DNA of 63,323 bases, filler included, from an uncultured Acidimicrobiia bacterium (GCA_964347285.1; 3 parts of 3 records of this genome joined end to end with filler, not necessarily neighbours in it); one strand, 5' to 3'. Positions 9,149-18,735 are shown, numbered from the whole stretch's first letter. Program-made: numbers and translations. The notes: a model not told the origin generated them from the letters alone.

Positions 9149-12100
9149 TCACTGACTGCCTCGGGTAGGCAGGTGTTGGCCGGAGCGGCGCAGAATCGCC
9201 AAATCGCGACGAATGGTGGCCACGCTCACGTCCAGGGCAGCGGCCAGGTCCTCCACACGGGCCAGGGCCCCCTGCGCGGCAGCTTCCGACATCACGCGCC
9301 GCAGGCGCGCTCGCCTCTGCTCCGGTCCGGACAGCTCGGCGTCGGCCGGCTCGGCGATGGTCAGGACCACCTCCACCATGTCTCGATCCCGAAGCGTCCG
9401 GCCGAGAGCCGCCGCCGCAGCCGGAAGCCGAATGGTCACCAGGGTCGGCTCGGTGCCTCGCCAGGCCGCCGTGATGGCCCGGTGCTCGGGAACGCCTTCG
9501 ATGGCAGCGCGTTGCTCTTCCTCTCCGAGGTCGGCCAGCGCCTCGAGCAGGCCGCCGTGCGCCTCGGCCAGCAGGCGGCGGGCCTCCTCCGTCTCGCCGG
9601 CCCGGTCCATAGCCTGGTAGCACCACAGGCTCACCAGGTAACCCTGCTCCACTCCCTGGAGGTCTTCGGTGGCCAGGCGGCGGGCCAGCGCCAATGCCTC
9701 CCCTTCCTCTCCGATGGCCAGAAGGGCTGGGATACGGAGCGCCCGGATGCTGATCAAGAGGTCGGGCAGCCCGAGATCGGCACACATGGTCTCGGCCCGC
9801 TCGACCAGAACGAGGGCTTCTGAGGGTCGACCTGCATCCAATGCCACGGTTGCCGACGACCTGAGCAGCTGGGCGGTGAGCCATCCCTCTGAGGAACCTT
9901 CGACGGCGCTCAGACCTTCTTCGATCAGAGCGCCGGCTCCGGCCAGGTCACCCCGGCGACGGGCTACACCACCCAGAACGCTGAGGCACAGTGCTTGGCC
10001 CAGGCCGTCGCCGATCTCCCGGTAGTACGCCAACGCTCGTCGGGCATCTTCGGAAGCGGCACCGTCGTCGCCGAGGACGCGGTGCACCATCGACGCCCGG
10101 TTGGCAAGAGCCGTCGCCTCGCCGCGCCGATCGCCGATCGATCGCATCACGGAGCGGGCCTGCTCGAAGTGCTCGAGCGCCTGTCCCACCCGTCCCGTGA
10201 GGTGGCACAGGCTGGCCAGATTGACGAGATTGACCGCCTCTCCCCCTCGGTAACCGATCTCCCTGGCGATATCGATCGCATTCCGAAGGGCAGACATGGC
10301 CGTGCCGGTGTTGCCTCGCTCCGCGGCGATGACGGCCAACAGCGATGCCACCTCGACCACACCCCGGCGATCGTGGAGAGACTCGTAGATGGTGCCGGCT
10401 TGCCGGAGGACGTCTTCCGCCTCCTCATGACGCTGGACGTAGCTCAGGGCCAGTCCAAGGGCGTATCGGCCGTCGGCTGTGACGGTGGGATCGCCGGATG
10501 CAATCGCCGACTCCAGCACTCCGATGGCGTCGGTGTAGCGTCCGGTACGGCTCAGGACCAGGCCGAGCTCGACGAGGGGCCGGGCTACCTCGTGCTCTGT
10601 AGCCGAGGCGACTGCAGCCCGTGCGGCATGCTCGGCTTCGGCGAAGCGACCGACGTTGGCGTAATAGCGTGCCTTGCGAACAGCGAGCTCCGGTCGGAGC
10701 CGGGGATCGTCGCCCACTTCCCTCGTCAGGGATTCGATGATCCGGGACTGTTCATCGCGACGGCCCAGCACATCGAGCACCCCCTCGTAGATGGACAGCA
10801 CTTCGTAGCGCCGTTCTCTGGAGGCCACCGAGAAGCCCCCCGAAGCCAGAGCCTGGGCGTAGTGGCGGGCCGCGATCTCGTAGGCGTGTACGGCCACGGC
10901 CCGCTCGCCGGCCGCCGACAGGTACTCGAAGGCCTTGTCCGGGACTTCCGCCCTCGAGTAGTGGTGGGCGAGAGCATCGACGCGGTGATGGTGGAGTTCC
11001 TCGAGGTACTCGGCCGCCCTGCGGTGCAAGTCCCGGCGAGCCGTTTCGGGCATGCCGTGGTAGACAACGCGCCGCATCTGGGCATGGCTGAATCGGAATC
11101 CGTCGCCCTCGTCCACCAGCAGCCCCCTGCGGAGCGCTTCGTCCAGATCGGCCAGAACTTCCAGAGAGGGTCGTTCCGAGAGCCGAACCAGGCCGGGGGT
11201 GTCGGCAGCTTCGAGGACCGAAACGCCCTCGAGGACGGTCCGGACGCCGGGAGACAAGCGCTCCAGCCGCCCCTCGATCACGCTGGTCACGCCGGAACCC
11301 AAGGGCAGCTCCGCTTCTTCGGGCGCGGTGGTGTCCAAGACGGCCTCACCCACTTCCCCCGGTAACAGGGTTCCCGTTTGCTCGTGCAGGGCCTTGAGCG
11401 TCTCCAGGACGAGCAAGGGATTGCCGCCGGTGTCGTGGTAGACGGCATCGACAAAGCTCGAAGGAGCCCCAGTCCAGCCGAGTGATCTCTGAATGAGCTC
11501 TGCGGTCTCCTCGGGCGCCAGGGGGACGATTTCGAGGCGTTTCGTTCCGACGGTGCCGTCGAGGGCCAACAGGGTTTCCCAGGCTTCAGGGCGCTCTCTG
11601 GCCTCGCTGCTCCGGTAACTGAGAACGAGGAGCACTCCCGACGCGGCCAGTCGCTCCCCCATCAGGCCCAGGATCCGGAGCGAGTCGGCGTCGGCCCACT
11701 GCACGTCTTCCAGAACCACGACGTGTGGACTGACCAGGCCGAACGTCTCGACGATGCGAAGCAGCGCCTCGCGGAGCCGCTCGCCTTCTTCAGCGGTCTT
11801 GAGCGGTGGGGGCGGAAGCAGTTCGGGCAGGTGATCGAGGAGCGGGCCGATCAGGCGGGCCGCTTCTCGCAACCACACTTCGTCGACGAGCTCCACCAAC
11901 TGCCCGACCCGAAGGGCCGACAGGCCGCCCTCCAGGGCCCGTACCAACACCGAGTACGGTACGTAGGTCTCGAGCTCTCGACTCTCTCCCCACAGCACGC
12001 CCAAGCCTCTCCAGTGAGCATCCTCAGCCATGGCGCGCAGCAGGCGGGACTTCCCGACCCCCGGCTCGCCCTCCACCAGCACCACTCCCCCTCTCCCGGC

Positions 12101-12961
12101 CAGGGTGTCCTGCATCCGTCCCAGGAGGGCGGTCCGCTCGTCGGCGCGGCCCACCAGCGGAGTCGCGGTGGGTCCCTCTAGCAGCGGGGCCTGCGGTGCC
12201 GGTACGAAGGGAGGATCGGATTTCCGGCGTCTCTCCAGAATGTCGCGATAGAGGGCGGTGGTGGCCCGATCGGGTTCGGCTCCCAGCTCTTCTTCGAGGA
12301 TCGAGCAGCATCGCTCGTACTGCTGTAGTGCTTCGTTGAACCGACCGGCCAGGAAGCAGAGCCTCATCACCTCACGATGGGCCTCCTCGCGCAGCGGGTC
12401 GTGAATGACGACTCGTCGGGCGTACACCAGACCCTGTTCGTAGTCGCCGCTGGCCTTGTAGAACTGGACCAGCCGAGAGAGCGAGCCGAGGTACCTCTGG
12501 CGGAGCGACTCTCGTTCCACCAGACCCCAGTCGTCGTAGAAGCCGGCCAGGAAGTCCCCTCTGTAGAGGTCGACGGCCCGAATCAGGGTCCCGACGTCGG
12601 CCACGGCCCCCTCGTCGGGGTCTTCGCCGAGAAGGCTCTGGAACTCCCCCACGTCCAGCCAGAAGGGCGCATCCGTATTGAACCGGACGGTGTCGGCGGT
12701 GGCGATGATGTACGGCTCTGGCGATCCGATCTCACCGAGCACGCTCTGGATCTGCCAGAGGGCGTGGCTGAGTCGCCGACGGGCCCGTGATTCGTCGAGC
12801 TCCGGCCAGAACGTCCCCGCCAGGAGATCCCGGGTGTGCTCTCGGTGCAGGTTGGTCACCAGGTACGAGAACAGGGAACGGGCGACACGCGAGGGTATAG
12901 GTGGAAGGGCTTTGTCCCCCAGTTGGAGGAGGAACCCACCGAAGAGATAGATGCGAAGCAC
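9149..12961 (-). CDS. Large SARP/BTAD-STAND ATPase-TPR transcriptional regulator with C-terminal DUF1670-like HTH
   Basis: N-terminal wHTH and BTAD (DPLREEAHREVMRL); Walker A GEPGVGKS; Walker B VVLEDVQWAD; GGNPL; long TPR-like region; ends EDLAAALDVSVATIRRDLAILRRSGQHLPTRG. Confidence 0.9.
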   Translation of the reverse strand: MLRIYLFGGFLLQLGDKALPPIPSRVARSLFSYLVTNLHREHTRDLLAGTFWPELDESRARRRLSHALWQIQSVLGEIGSPEPYIIATADTVRFNTDAPFWLDVGEFQSLLGEDPDEGAVADVGTLIRAVDLYRGDFLAGFYDDWGLVERESLRQRYLGSLSRLVQFYKASGDYEQGLVYARRVVIHDPLREEAHREVMRLCFLAGRFNEALQQYERCCSILEEELGAEPDRATTALYRDILERRRKSDPPFVPAPQAPLLEGPTATPLVGRADERTALLGRMQDTLAGRGGVVLVEGEPGVGKSRLLRAMAEDAHWRGLGVLWGESRELETYVPYSVLVRALEGGLSALRVGQLVELVDEVWLREAARLIGPLLDHLPELLPPPPLKTAEEGERLREALLRIVETFGLVSPHVVVLEDVQWADADSLRILGLMGERLAASGVLLVLSYRSSEARERPEAWETLLALDGTVGTKRLEIVPLAPEETAELIQRSLGWTGAPSSFVDAVYHDTGGNPLLVLETLKALHEQTGTLLPGEVGEAVLDTTAPEEAELPLGSGVTSVIEGRLERLSPGVRTVLEGVSVLEAADTPGLVRLSERPSLEVLADLDEALRRGLLVDEGDGFRFSHAQMRRVVYHGMPETARRDLHRRAAEYLEELHHHRVDALAHHYSRAEVPDKAFEYLSAAGERAVAVHAYEIAARHYAQALASGGFSVASRERRYEVLSIYEGVLDVLGRRDEQSRIIESLTREVGDDPRLRPELAVRKARYYANVGRFAEAEHAARAAVASATEHEVARPLVELGLVLSRTGRYTDAIGVLESAIASGDPTVTADGRYALGLALSYVQRHEEAEDVLRQAGTIYESLHDRRGVVEVASLLAVIAAERGNTGTAMSALRNAIDIAREIGYRGGEAVNLVNLASLCHLTGRVGQALEHFEQARSVMRSIGDRRGEATALANRASMVHRVLGDDGAASEDARRALAYYREIGDGLGQALCLSVLGGVARRRGDLAGAGALIEEGLSAVEGSSEGWLTAQLLRSSATVALDAGRPSEALVLVERAETMCADLGLPDLLISIRALRIPALLAIGEEGEALALARRLATEDLQGVEQGYLVSLWCYQAMDRAGETEEARRLLAEAHGGLLEALADLGEEEQRAAIEGVPEHRAITAAWRGTEPTLVTIRLPAAAAALGRTLRDRDMVEVVLTIAEPADAELSGPEQRRARLRRVMSEAAAQGALARVEDLAAALDVSVATIRRDLAILRRSGQHLPTRGSQ

Positions 12962-13026
12962 CCGGCGAACATAGCAACCCGGCCGGTTTCACGTTCCGTG
13001 CAGTAGCGTCCTCTTCGGAGGTGACC

Positions 13027-13578
13027 ATGACGAAGCCTCGAGCGCTCCATTTCACCGAAGATCCCCAGGCGAACGAGCTGCTGGCCACCGAGCCCGTCGC
13101 TCTACTCATCGGCATGTTGCTCGATCAGCAGGTCCCCATGGAGCGGGCCTTCCTGGGGCCGTATCTGTTGAAGGAGCGTCTGGGAGGCAAGCTGGAGACA
13201 TCGACGCTTGCCTCGATCGATCCCGAGGAACTCGCTGCGATCTTTGCCGAGAAGCCGGCGCTGCACCGCTTCCCGGCCAGCATGGCCAAGCGCACTCAGG
13301 CACTGTGCGCCTTCATAGAGGAACGCTATGGGGGCCGTCCGGAAACCATCTGGCTCGAGGTGGACAGCGGTGGCGAGCTCTACCGTCGCCTGCTCGAGCT
13401 CCCCGGATTCGGGAAGGAGAAGGTGGGCACGCTGATCGGCATCCTCGCCAAGCTGATGGGGATCCGTCCGCAGGGGTGGGAAGAGCGCGCACCCGATCAC
13501 ATGACGCTCGCCGATGTGACGTCATTTGACGACGTTGCAGATTTGCGCGAGGCCAAGCGGGCCCGCAAGGGACGGTAG
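13027..13578 (+). CDS. HhH-GPD-type base excision repair family protein
   Basis: LLIGMLLDQQVPMERAF, PALHRFPASMAKR and LPGFGKEK motifs; SD GGAGG. Confidence 0.85.
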   Translation: MTKPRALHFTEDPQANELLATEPVALLIGMLLDQQVPMERAFLGPYLLKERLGGKLETSTLASIDPEELAAIFAEKPALHRFPASMAKRTQALCAFIEERYGGRPETIWLEVDSGGELYRRLLELPGFGKEKVGTLIGILAKLMGIRPQGWEERAPDHMTLADVTSFDDVADLREAKRARKGR

Positions 13579-13583
13579 AGCGC

Positions 13584-14720
13584 TCAGATTCCGGCTACGG
13601 TGTCTTCCACGAGCATGTCGACGACCGACTGCAGGGCCTTGCGTTCATCGGCTCCACCGGCCAGTTGCTTCTGATAGACCTCCAGCTGACGGTCGGCGCT
13701 GGTGCCCGTGGCGACGATGTGGCGGGCCCGCTCCACTTCCTCAACGACCCCGAAGTGAGCGGCGTCGTCGGCGATCAACTCCAGGATCTCTTCGAGGAGA
13801 TCCGGATAGGGCACCAGCTCACCTTTGCCAAAATCCATCAAACCGCCGGAGAGGCCATATCGCTGGGCTCGCCAGCGGTTCTCGGTCACCAGCATGTTGC
13901 TGTACTCACGCCAGCGCTGGTTTTCGATGCGTCGTCGGAAGAGCATCCGCAAGAGGCAGAGGTAGATGGCCGCCACCGTGAGGGTGTCCTCCAGAAGCGT
14001 GCAACTATCGGCAATTCGCATCTCGAGCGTCGGATACCGCACGCTGGGTCGAACATCCCACCAGATCTTGGAGGCGTCCTCGATGATGCCGGCTTCGGCA
14101 AGGACGGCAACGTGTCGATTGAACTCGGCCCAGCTGTCGAAGTGCTCGGGAAGGCCCGTCCGGGGCAGGGCATCCCACACGGTGAGGCGGTAGCTCTTCA
14201 AGCCGGTGTCGATCCCCTGCCAGAAAGGCGATGACGTCGTCAATGCCAACAGGTGGGGAAGGAAATAGGAGATCTGGTTCATCAGGTCGATCCGCAGCTC
14301 GTTGTCGTCGATCCCGACGTGCACGTGCATCCCGCAGATCAGGAGCCGCCGGACCACGCCCTGCATGTCTTCGGCCAGCACGTTGTAACGCTCGTGGTCG
14401 GTATGGCGCTGCCTCTCCCAGTGTGCGAAAGGGTGAGTGGAGGCAGAGATGATGGCCAATCCGTGACGCTCGGCGACATCGGCGACGCCGCGTCGCAGGC
14501 GAATGAGGTCCTGGCGCAGATTGTCGATGCTCTCGCAGACGGTCGTTCCCACCTCTATCTGGGAGCGGAGGAACTCCGGAGTGACCTGCATCTGCACCAG
14601 GTCACGGCACTCCTCGACCAGCTTGGGGGGAGGTTCGATCACGAGGTCGCGGGAATCCTGCTCGACGAGCAGGTATTCCTCCTCGACGCCGATGGTGAAC
14701 GGGGGTGTGTCGATTGCCAG
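13584..14720 (-). CDS. Carboxylate-amine ligase (YbdK/GCS2 family); start uncertain, CTG at 14720 favoured
   Basis: FTIGVEEEY, CGMHVHVG, SSPFW, IWWDVRPS and TLEMRIAD motifs. Confidence 0.9.
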   Translation of the reverse strand: MAIDTPPFTIGVEEEYLLVEQDSRDLVIEPPPKLVEECRDLVQMQVTPEFLRSQIEVGTTVCESIDNLRQDLIRLRRGVADVAERHGLAIISASTHPFAHWERQRHTDHERYNVLAEDMQGVVRRLLICGMHVHVGIDDNELRIDLMNQISYFLPHLLALTTSSPFWQGIDTGLKSYRLTVWDALPRTGLPEHFDSWAEFNRHVAVLAEAGIIEDASKIWWDVRPSVRYPTLEMRIADSCTLLEDTLTVAAIYLCLLRMLFRRRIENQRWREYSNMLVTENRWRAQRYGLSGGLMDFGKGELVPYPDLLEEILELIADDAAHFGVVEEVERARHIVATGTSADRQLEVYQKQLAGGADERKALQSVVDMLVEDTVAGI

Positions 14721-14798
14721 CGGGATCCTTCGATCTGCGCGGTCAAAGATACCGACATTGCTTCTCAAGCGCGCCGGGTAGAGTCGCCCGACGGAGAA

Positions 14799-15290
14799 AT
14801 GGAATCCTCCCCTGTCCTGCCGGGTCCGGTGGCCGCCACCCTCGAATCGGTCGAGGCGAGCTTCGAGGTGCTTCCCTGCGATCCCGCCTACGCCGACACG
14901 GCCGCGTTCTGTGCCCACTACGGCTATCCGCCTCGGAATTCGGCCAACACCATCATCGTGGCTTCACGGCGCGGACCGAAGATCTATGCCGCTTGCGTGA
15001 TCGCGGCCGATGCTCGCCTGGACGTCAACAGGCGGGTGCGCGAACTGCTCGGAACCTCCAAGTTGTCCTTTGCTTCCCCTGAGGAGGCCATCTCCGTCAC
15101 TGGAATGGAACTCGGTGGGGTGACCGTCCTCGGATTGCCAACCGGACTCACGACCTTCGTCGATCGCCCTCTCACCCGGCTCGACTACGTCATTCTGGGC
15201 GCCGGCACCCGCTCGGCGAAGATCAAGGCCGACCCGGCCCTTTTCGAGGAGCTGGCCGACGTCCAGATCGTCGACCTCGCTCTCGACTGA
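14799..15290 (+). CDS. YbaK/EbsC (aminoacyl-tRNA editing) family protein
   Basis: ADTAAFC, KLSFAS, TGMELGGVT, GAGTRSAKI motifs; SD GGAG before ATG 14799. Confidence 0.8.
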   Translation: MESSPVLPGPVAATLESVEASFEVLPCDPAYADTAAFCAHYGYPPRNSANTIIVASRRGPKIYAACVIAADARLDVNRRVRELLGTSKLSFASPEEAISVTGMELGGVTVLGLPTGLTTFVDRPLTRLDYVILGAGTRSAKIKADPALFEELADVQIVDLALD

Positions 15291-15310
15291 TGGATCACTC
15301 GACACCCGAC

Positions 15311-16048
15311 TCAACGGCGCTTCACGCGCGCCGTTTGGTACAGGAGGATGCCGTAGCCGACGATGACGATGGCGGCAAACGAGAACCACTGGATGGCGTA
15401 GCTGAAGTGGTTTCCCTCATCCGGCTCGACCGACTCGGGGGGAACCGGTGCCGGTGAGGATCCGCCCGGAATCTCGGAGGTCAATTCCAGATAGACGGGC
15501 AGGAGGCTCTCCTGCCACACATCGGCAAGCACAGCAAGATCGACCTGGGTGATCCTCCGTCGGTCGCCGTTCTCGGCCGCCTCCAGGAGCTTCCCCTGAG
15601 CCGGTAGGCGGACGATGCCGGTGATGGATGCCTCTCCGGATGCCGCTTCGTAGCGGCGGGCTCCGTCGAGTGGAATCCATCCCCGATCGACGGCGACAGC
15701 TCGACCGTCGGTGAGTTCGAACAGGGCCAGCAGGTGAGATCCGGCGGCCCCACCACGGCTCCGCAGAGGGATTTCGAGTTCCTCGCCCCCGGCCCAGATC
15801 CCATCGGTCCGCACCCTGCGGTGCTCCAATCCCCCGAGATCGCTTTGGGCAGCGGCCAGGGCTTCGGCAAAGGGGACCACCGGTAGGTTGCGGGCCTCCT
15901 CCAAACGAACGTTGTTCTCCTTGCGCTCATCCCAGCGTCGCAGCTGCCAGAGGCCCAGATTCACGAACAGAGCGGCCAACACGACCACCACGACACCACC
16001 GACCACCCACCTCGATCGGTACACACGGGCCCAGTCCACTTCGCCCAT
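15311..16048 (-). CDS. SURF1 family protein
   Basis: LGLWQLRR, VDRGWIP and NHFSYAIQWFSFA motifs. Confidence 0.9.
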   Translation of the reverse strand: MGEVDWARVYRSRWVVGGVVVVVLAALFVNLGLWQLRRWDERKENNVRLEEARNLPVVPFAEALAAAQSDLGGLEHRRVRTDGIWAGGEELEIPLRSRGGAAGSHLLALFELTDGRAVAVDRGWIPLDGARRYEAASGEASITGIVRLPAQGKLLEAAENGDRRRITQVDLAVLADVWQESLLPVYLELTSEIPGGSSPAPVPPESVEPDEGNHFSYAIQWFSFAAIVIVGYGILLYQTARVKRR

Positions 16049-16075
16049 GCCGGCGATGGTATTGAGGCGCTGCGT

Positions 16076-17593
16076 CTAGCCGCCCACCGCCGTTCCTCCG
16101 GCGCGCCGAGGGTCGGCGGCAGCCTGCAGCCCGGTTTCGGGGTCGAAGAGGGCGGCGCTCAGGCCGCCGAAATACATCGACTTGGCGGAGAAGGGCCTCA
16201 ACGAGAACCCCTCCTTCTCGGTCACCGGCAGGCCGGGCTCGTAGGCGATGGTGGGCCGGCCTTCGAAGATCTCGGCATGGAGTCGCGGGTGGGAGACCGC
16301 TTCTTCCAGGGGAAGGCCCAGCCGGAGGTAGTTGAACAGGGTCTGGGCGATGGCGCTGGTGATTCGATCGGCCCCGGGTGATCCGACGGCCAGCACCGCC
16401 CCGCCGGTGTTTCGGGCGATCGTCGGGGCCATGTTGGAGGGAAGTCGGGTGCTGGGCTCGAGAGCATGAAAGCCCCGAGGATGAAGCTCGGTCTCACCCA
16501 GCGAGTTGTTCAGCCAGATACCACTTCCGGGGATCATCGCGCCGGATCCGTATCCGGCTGAAGTGGTGATCGAGCATGCCAGGCCGCTTTCATCGACGGT
16601 GGACACGTGGATGGTCGACGGGGCGGTGAGCAGGCCCCGGTAGTCTCCCAGCTCGGCCAGCTCGAGCAACCGTTGCGCCTCACCGAAGCGATCGTCGCCG
16701 ACCTCCCAGTGGTTGCGCCGGAAGCTGATCACGGCATGGAGCGCCTCGGCGAAGGTGCTCCACCCTTCCCAGCCATCGACGTCTCGTGCCAGGAGTAGAA
16801 CGGCTGCCACCGCAGCTCCGCCGATGGCCGGAGGAGGGTTGGTCGCCAAGCGCCAGTCGCCCAGCTCGATCTGGAGCGGGTCACGCAGAACGGCCTCGTA
16901 GGCGTCGAGGTCGGCCATCGTGATCAGACCTCCGTTGGCCCAGTTATCTTCGGCCAACCGCCTCCCCAATTCGCCGCTGTAGAAGCAGTCCGGTCCTTCG
17001 GCGGCGAGGAGCTGCAGGCTTTCGGTCAGGCCGGCGATTTTGACGATTTCGCCTTCCTGGACATGGCTGCCATCGGGATGATGGAGGATGCGATAGCTCT
17101 CGGCGTGCCAACCGAAGATGACTTCATGGGCATAAGTCATGTACTCGGCCGCCGCACCCGACAGCGGAAAACCACGCTCCGCCCAGTACAAGGTGGGCTC
17201 GAACAGCGCCGGCCACGGCAGGGAGCCGAAGCTTCTTGACGAAACCCCGAACCCGGCTACGGCTCCGGGCGCGGCGACGGAGCCGTGGCCCACGATCGTC
17301 GTCATGCCTCCCCCGTAGGCCATGTACACCTCTTCGGCGCCGGTACCGAACCGTTCCGGAGGCGCCTCCCGGCCGGGCATTTCCGCATAGGCATCGACGA
17401 CCAGCGGATCTTCGTCGGGCGGCCAGATCACGATGAAGCTGCCGCCCCCCAGAGCGATGATGCCCGGGTCGGTGCACATGGAGGCGATCGACGCGGCAAT
17501 CGCGGCATCCACGGCGTTCCCGCCGTTGGCGGCTGCAGCCGCTCCGGCGTCGGCGGCAATCTGCGAGCCGGCGGCAATGGCGACCCTGGCCAT
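16076..17593 (-). CDS. ggt: Gamma-glutamyltransferase family protein
   Basis: GGNAVDAAIA, STIHVSTVD (autoprocessing Thr), SNMAPT, GSPGADRI and ADPRR motifs. Confidence 0.85.
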   Translation of the reverse strand: MARVAIAAGSQIAADAGAAAAANGGNAVDAAIAASIASMCTDPGIIALGGGSFIVIWPPDEDPLVVDAYAEMPGREAPPERFGTGAEEVYMAYGGGMTTIVGHGSVAAPGAVAGFGVSSRSFGSLPWPALFEPTLYWAERGFPLSGAAAEYMTYAHEVIFGWHAESYRILHHPDGSHVQEGEIVKIAGLTESLQLLAAEGPDCFYSGELGRRLAEDNWANGGLITMADLDAYEAVLRDPLQIELGDWRLATNPPPAIGGAAVAAVLLLARDVDGWEGWSTFAEALHAVISFRRNHWEVGDDRFGEAQRLLELAELGDYRGLLTAPSTIHVSTVDESGLACSITTSAGYGSGAMIPGSGIWLNNSLGETELHPRGFHALEPSTRLPSNMAPTIARNTGGAVLAVGSPGADRITSAIAQTLFNYLRLGLPLEEAVSHPRLHAEIFEGRPTIAYEPGLPVTEKEGFSLRPFSAKSMYFGGLSAALFDPETGLQAAADPRRAGGTAVGG

Positions 17594-17605
17594 GGTGGAC
17601 GCAGA

Positions 17606-17938
17606 TTAGTGAAGGTCGTCGTCCCGGGAATCGAGGCTCGTTCGCAGACACACCTGATCGGCGACCACCTCCAAACGACTGCGGCGGCCCTCCGGTGCCG
17701 ACCAGAAGCGACGCTGAACGGTGCCGGCGACCCAGAGTCGTCGGCCCGGGGCCGGTTCAGGCTGGAGGAGGTCGTCCGCGGGGTCCCACAGCGTGACCGG
17801 CACGACATCGGTGCGCCGGCGGGGTTCCTCACTGAGCACGGTGACCAGATAGCGGGCCATCCGGGCCCCGCTGTCGAACCGGCGCAATTCGGGCGGGGCG
17901 GCGAGCCGCCCGGAGAGCACGACGAGGTTGAGATCCAT
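17606..17938 (-). CDS. Short single-stranded DNA-binding protein paralogue (110 aa)
   Basis: NLVVLSGRLAAPPELR, VTLW, VAGTVQRRFW, LEVVA OB-fold pattern; SD GAAGGA before ATG. Confidence 0.85.
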   Translation of the reverse strand: MDLNLVVLSGRLAAPPELRRFDSGARMARYLVTVLSEEPRRRTDVVPVTLWDPADDLLQPEPAPGRRLWVAGTVQRRFWSAPEGRRSRLEVVADQVCLRTSLDSRDDDLH

Positions 17939-18012
17939 GATGGTCCTTCCTGGGGAAGGCGGGTTGATGCCGAACGTAGAGGGGTGCTGCGACAAGAAAG
18001 TTGGCCCCGGGA

Positions 18013-18684
18013 CTAGCCGGTGACCATCACTTCGCCCAGTGGCTTGCGTTGCAGATCCGGGACCAGGCAACCATCGGCCGGAAAGCCGACGGGAAACAGC
18101 GCGAAGGGCCGCTCGTTTTCCGGACGGTTCAGGACCGTCGTCAAGAAGCGCATCGGACTCGGCGTGTGGGTGAGGGTGACGAGCCCCATGTAGTGGATGG
18201 CGGCGACGAACAGCCCACACGCCATGCCGACGCTCTCCTTGGTGTAGTAGTTGTGGCGCCGAGAGCCATCTTCTCCGATGTCGTAGCGCTCCTCGAAGAC
18301 CACGACCAGCCACGGGGCAGTCTCCAGAAATGGCTTGTGCCAATCCGTACCCAGGGGGGCCACCGCCCGACGCCATTCCTCCGACATCCGCCCTTCCTCG
18401 TAGTTCTTTCGCTCCTCCGTCTCGGCCGCTCTGCGGATCTCTGCCTTGGTGTCGCGATCGCCGACCACGACGAACTTCCAGGGCTGGCGGTGGGCGCCCG
18501 ACGGTGCGCTGGAAGCGGTGTGGACCGCCAGTTCGATCAGGCGACGCGGCACCGGCTCGGGGCTGAAATTCCGCACGCTGCGTCGTTCGTTCATCAGCTC
18601 GTCGAAGGCCTCGGCTCGCGCCAGTATCTCATCGGGTCCGAGCCGCTCGAAGGCGTACGGCACGAACGGGTACTCCTCGGCCAT
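18013..18684 (-). CDS. Nitroreductase-fold protein, iodotyrosine deiodinase-like
   Basis: RRSVRNFS, APSGAHRQPW, AETEERKNY, KPFLETAP and LTHTPSPM motifs. Confidence 0.85.
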   Translation of the reverse strand: MAEEYPFVPYAFERLGPDEILARAEAFDELMNERRSVRNFSPEPVPRRLIELAVHTASSAPSGAHRQPWKFVVVGDRDTKAEIRRAAETEERKNYEEGRMSEEWRRAVAPLGTDWHKPFLETAPWLVVVFEERYDIGEDGSRRHNYYTKESVGMACGLFVAAIHYMGLVTLTHTPSPMRFLTTVLNRPENERPFALFPVGFPADGCLVPDLQRKPLGEVMVTG

Positions 18685-18735
18685 AGTTCCTCCTGGTCGC
18701 GGCCCACCATATCCGAGCGCTTCTAGGCTCCCACT

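Noticed and set aside
13584..17593. YbdK ligase plus GGT as a dedicated gamma-glutamyl cycle cluster
   Set aside because: They are separated by SURF1 and an oppositely oriented YbaK gene, and both families are widespread.
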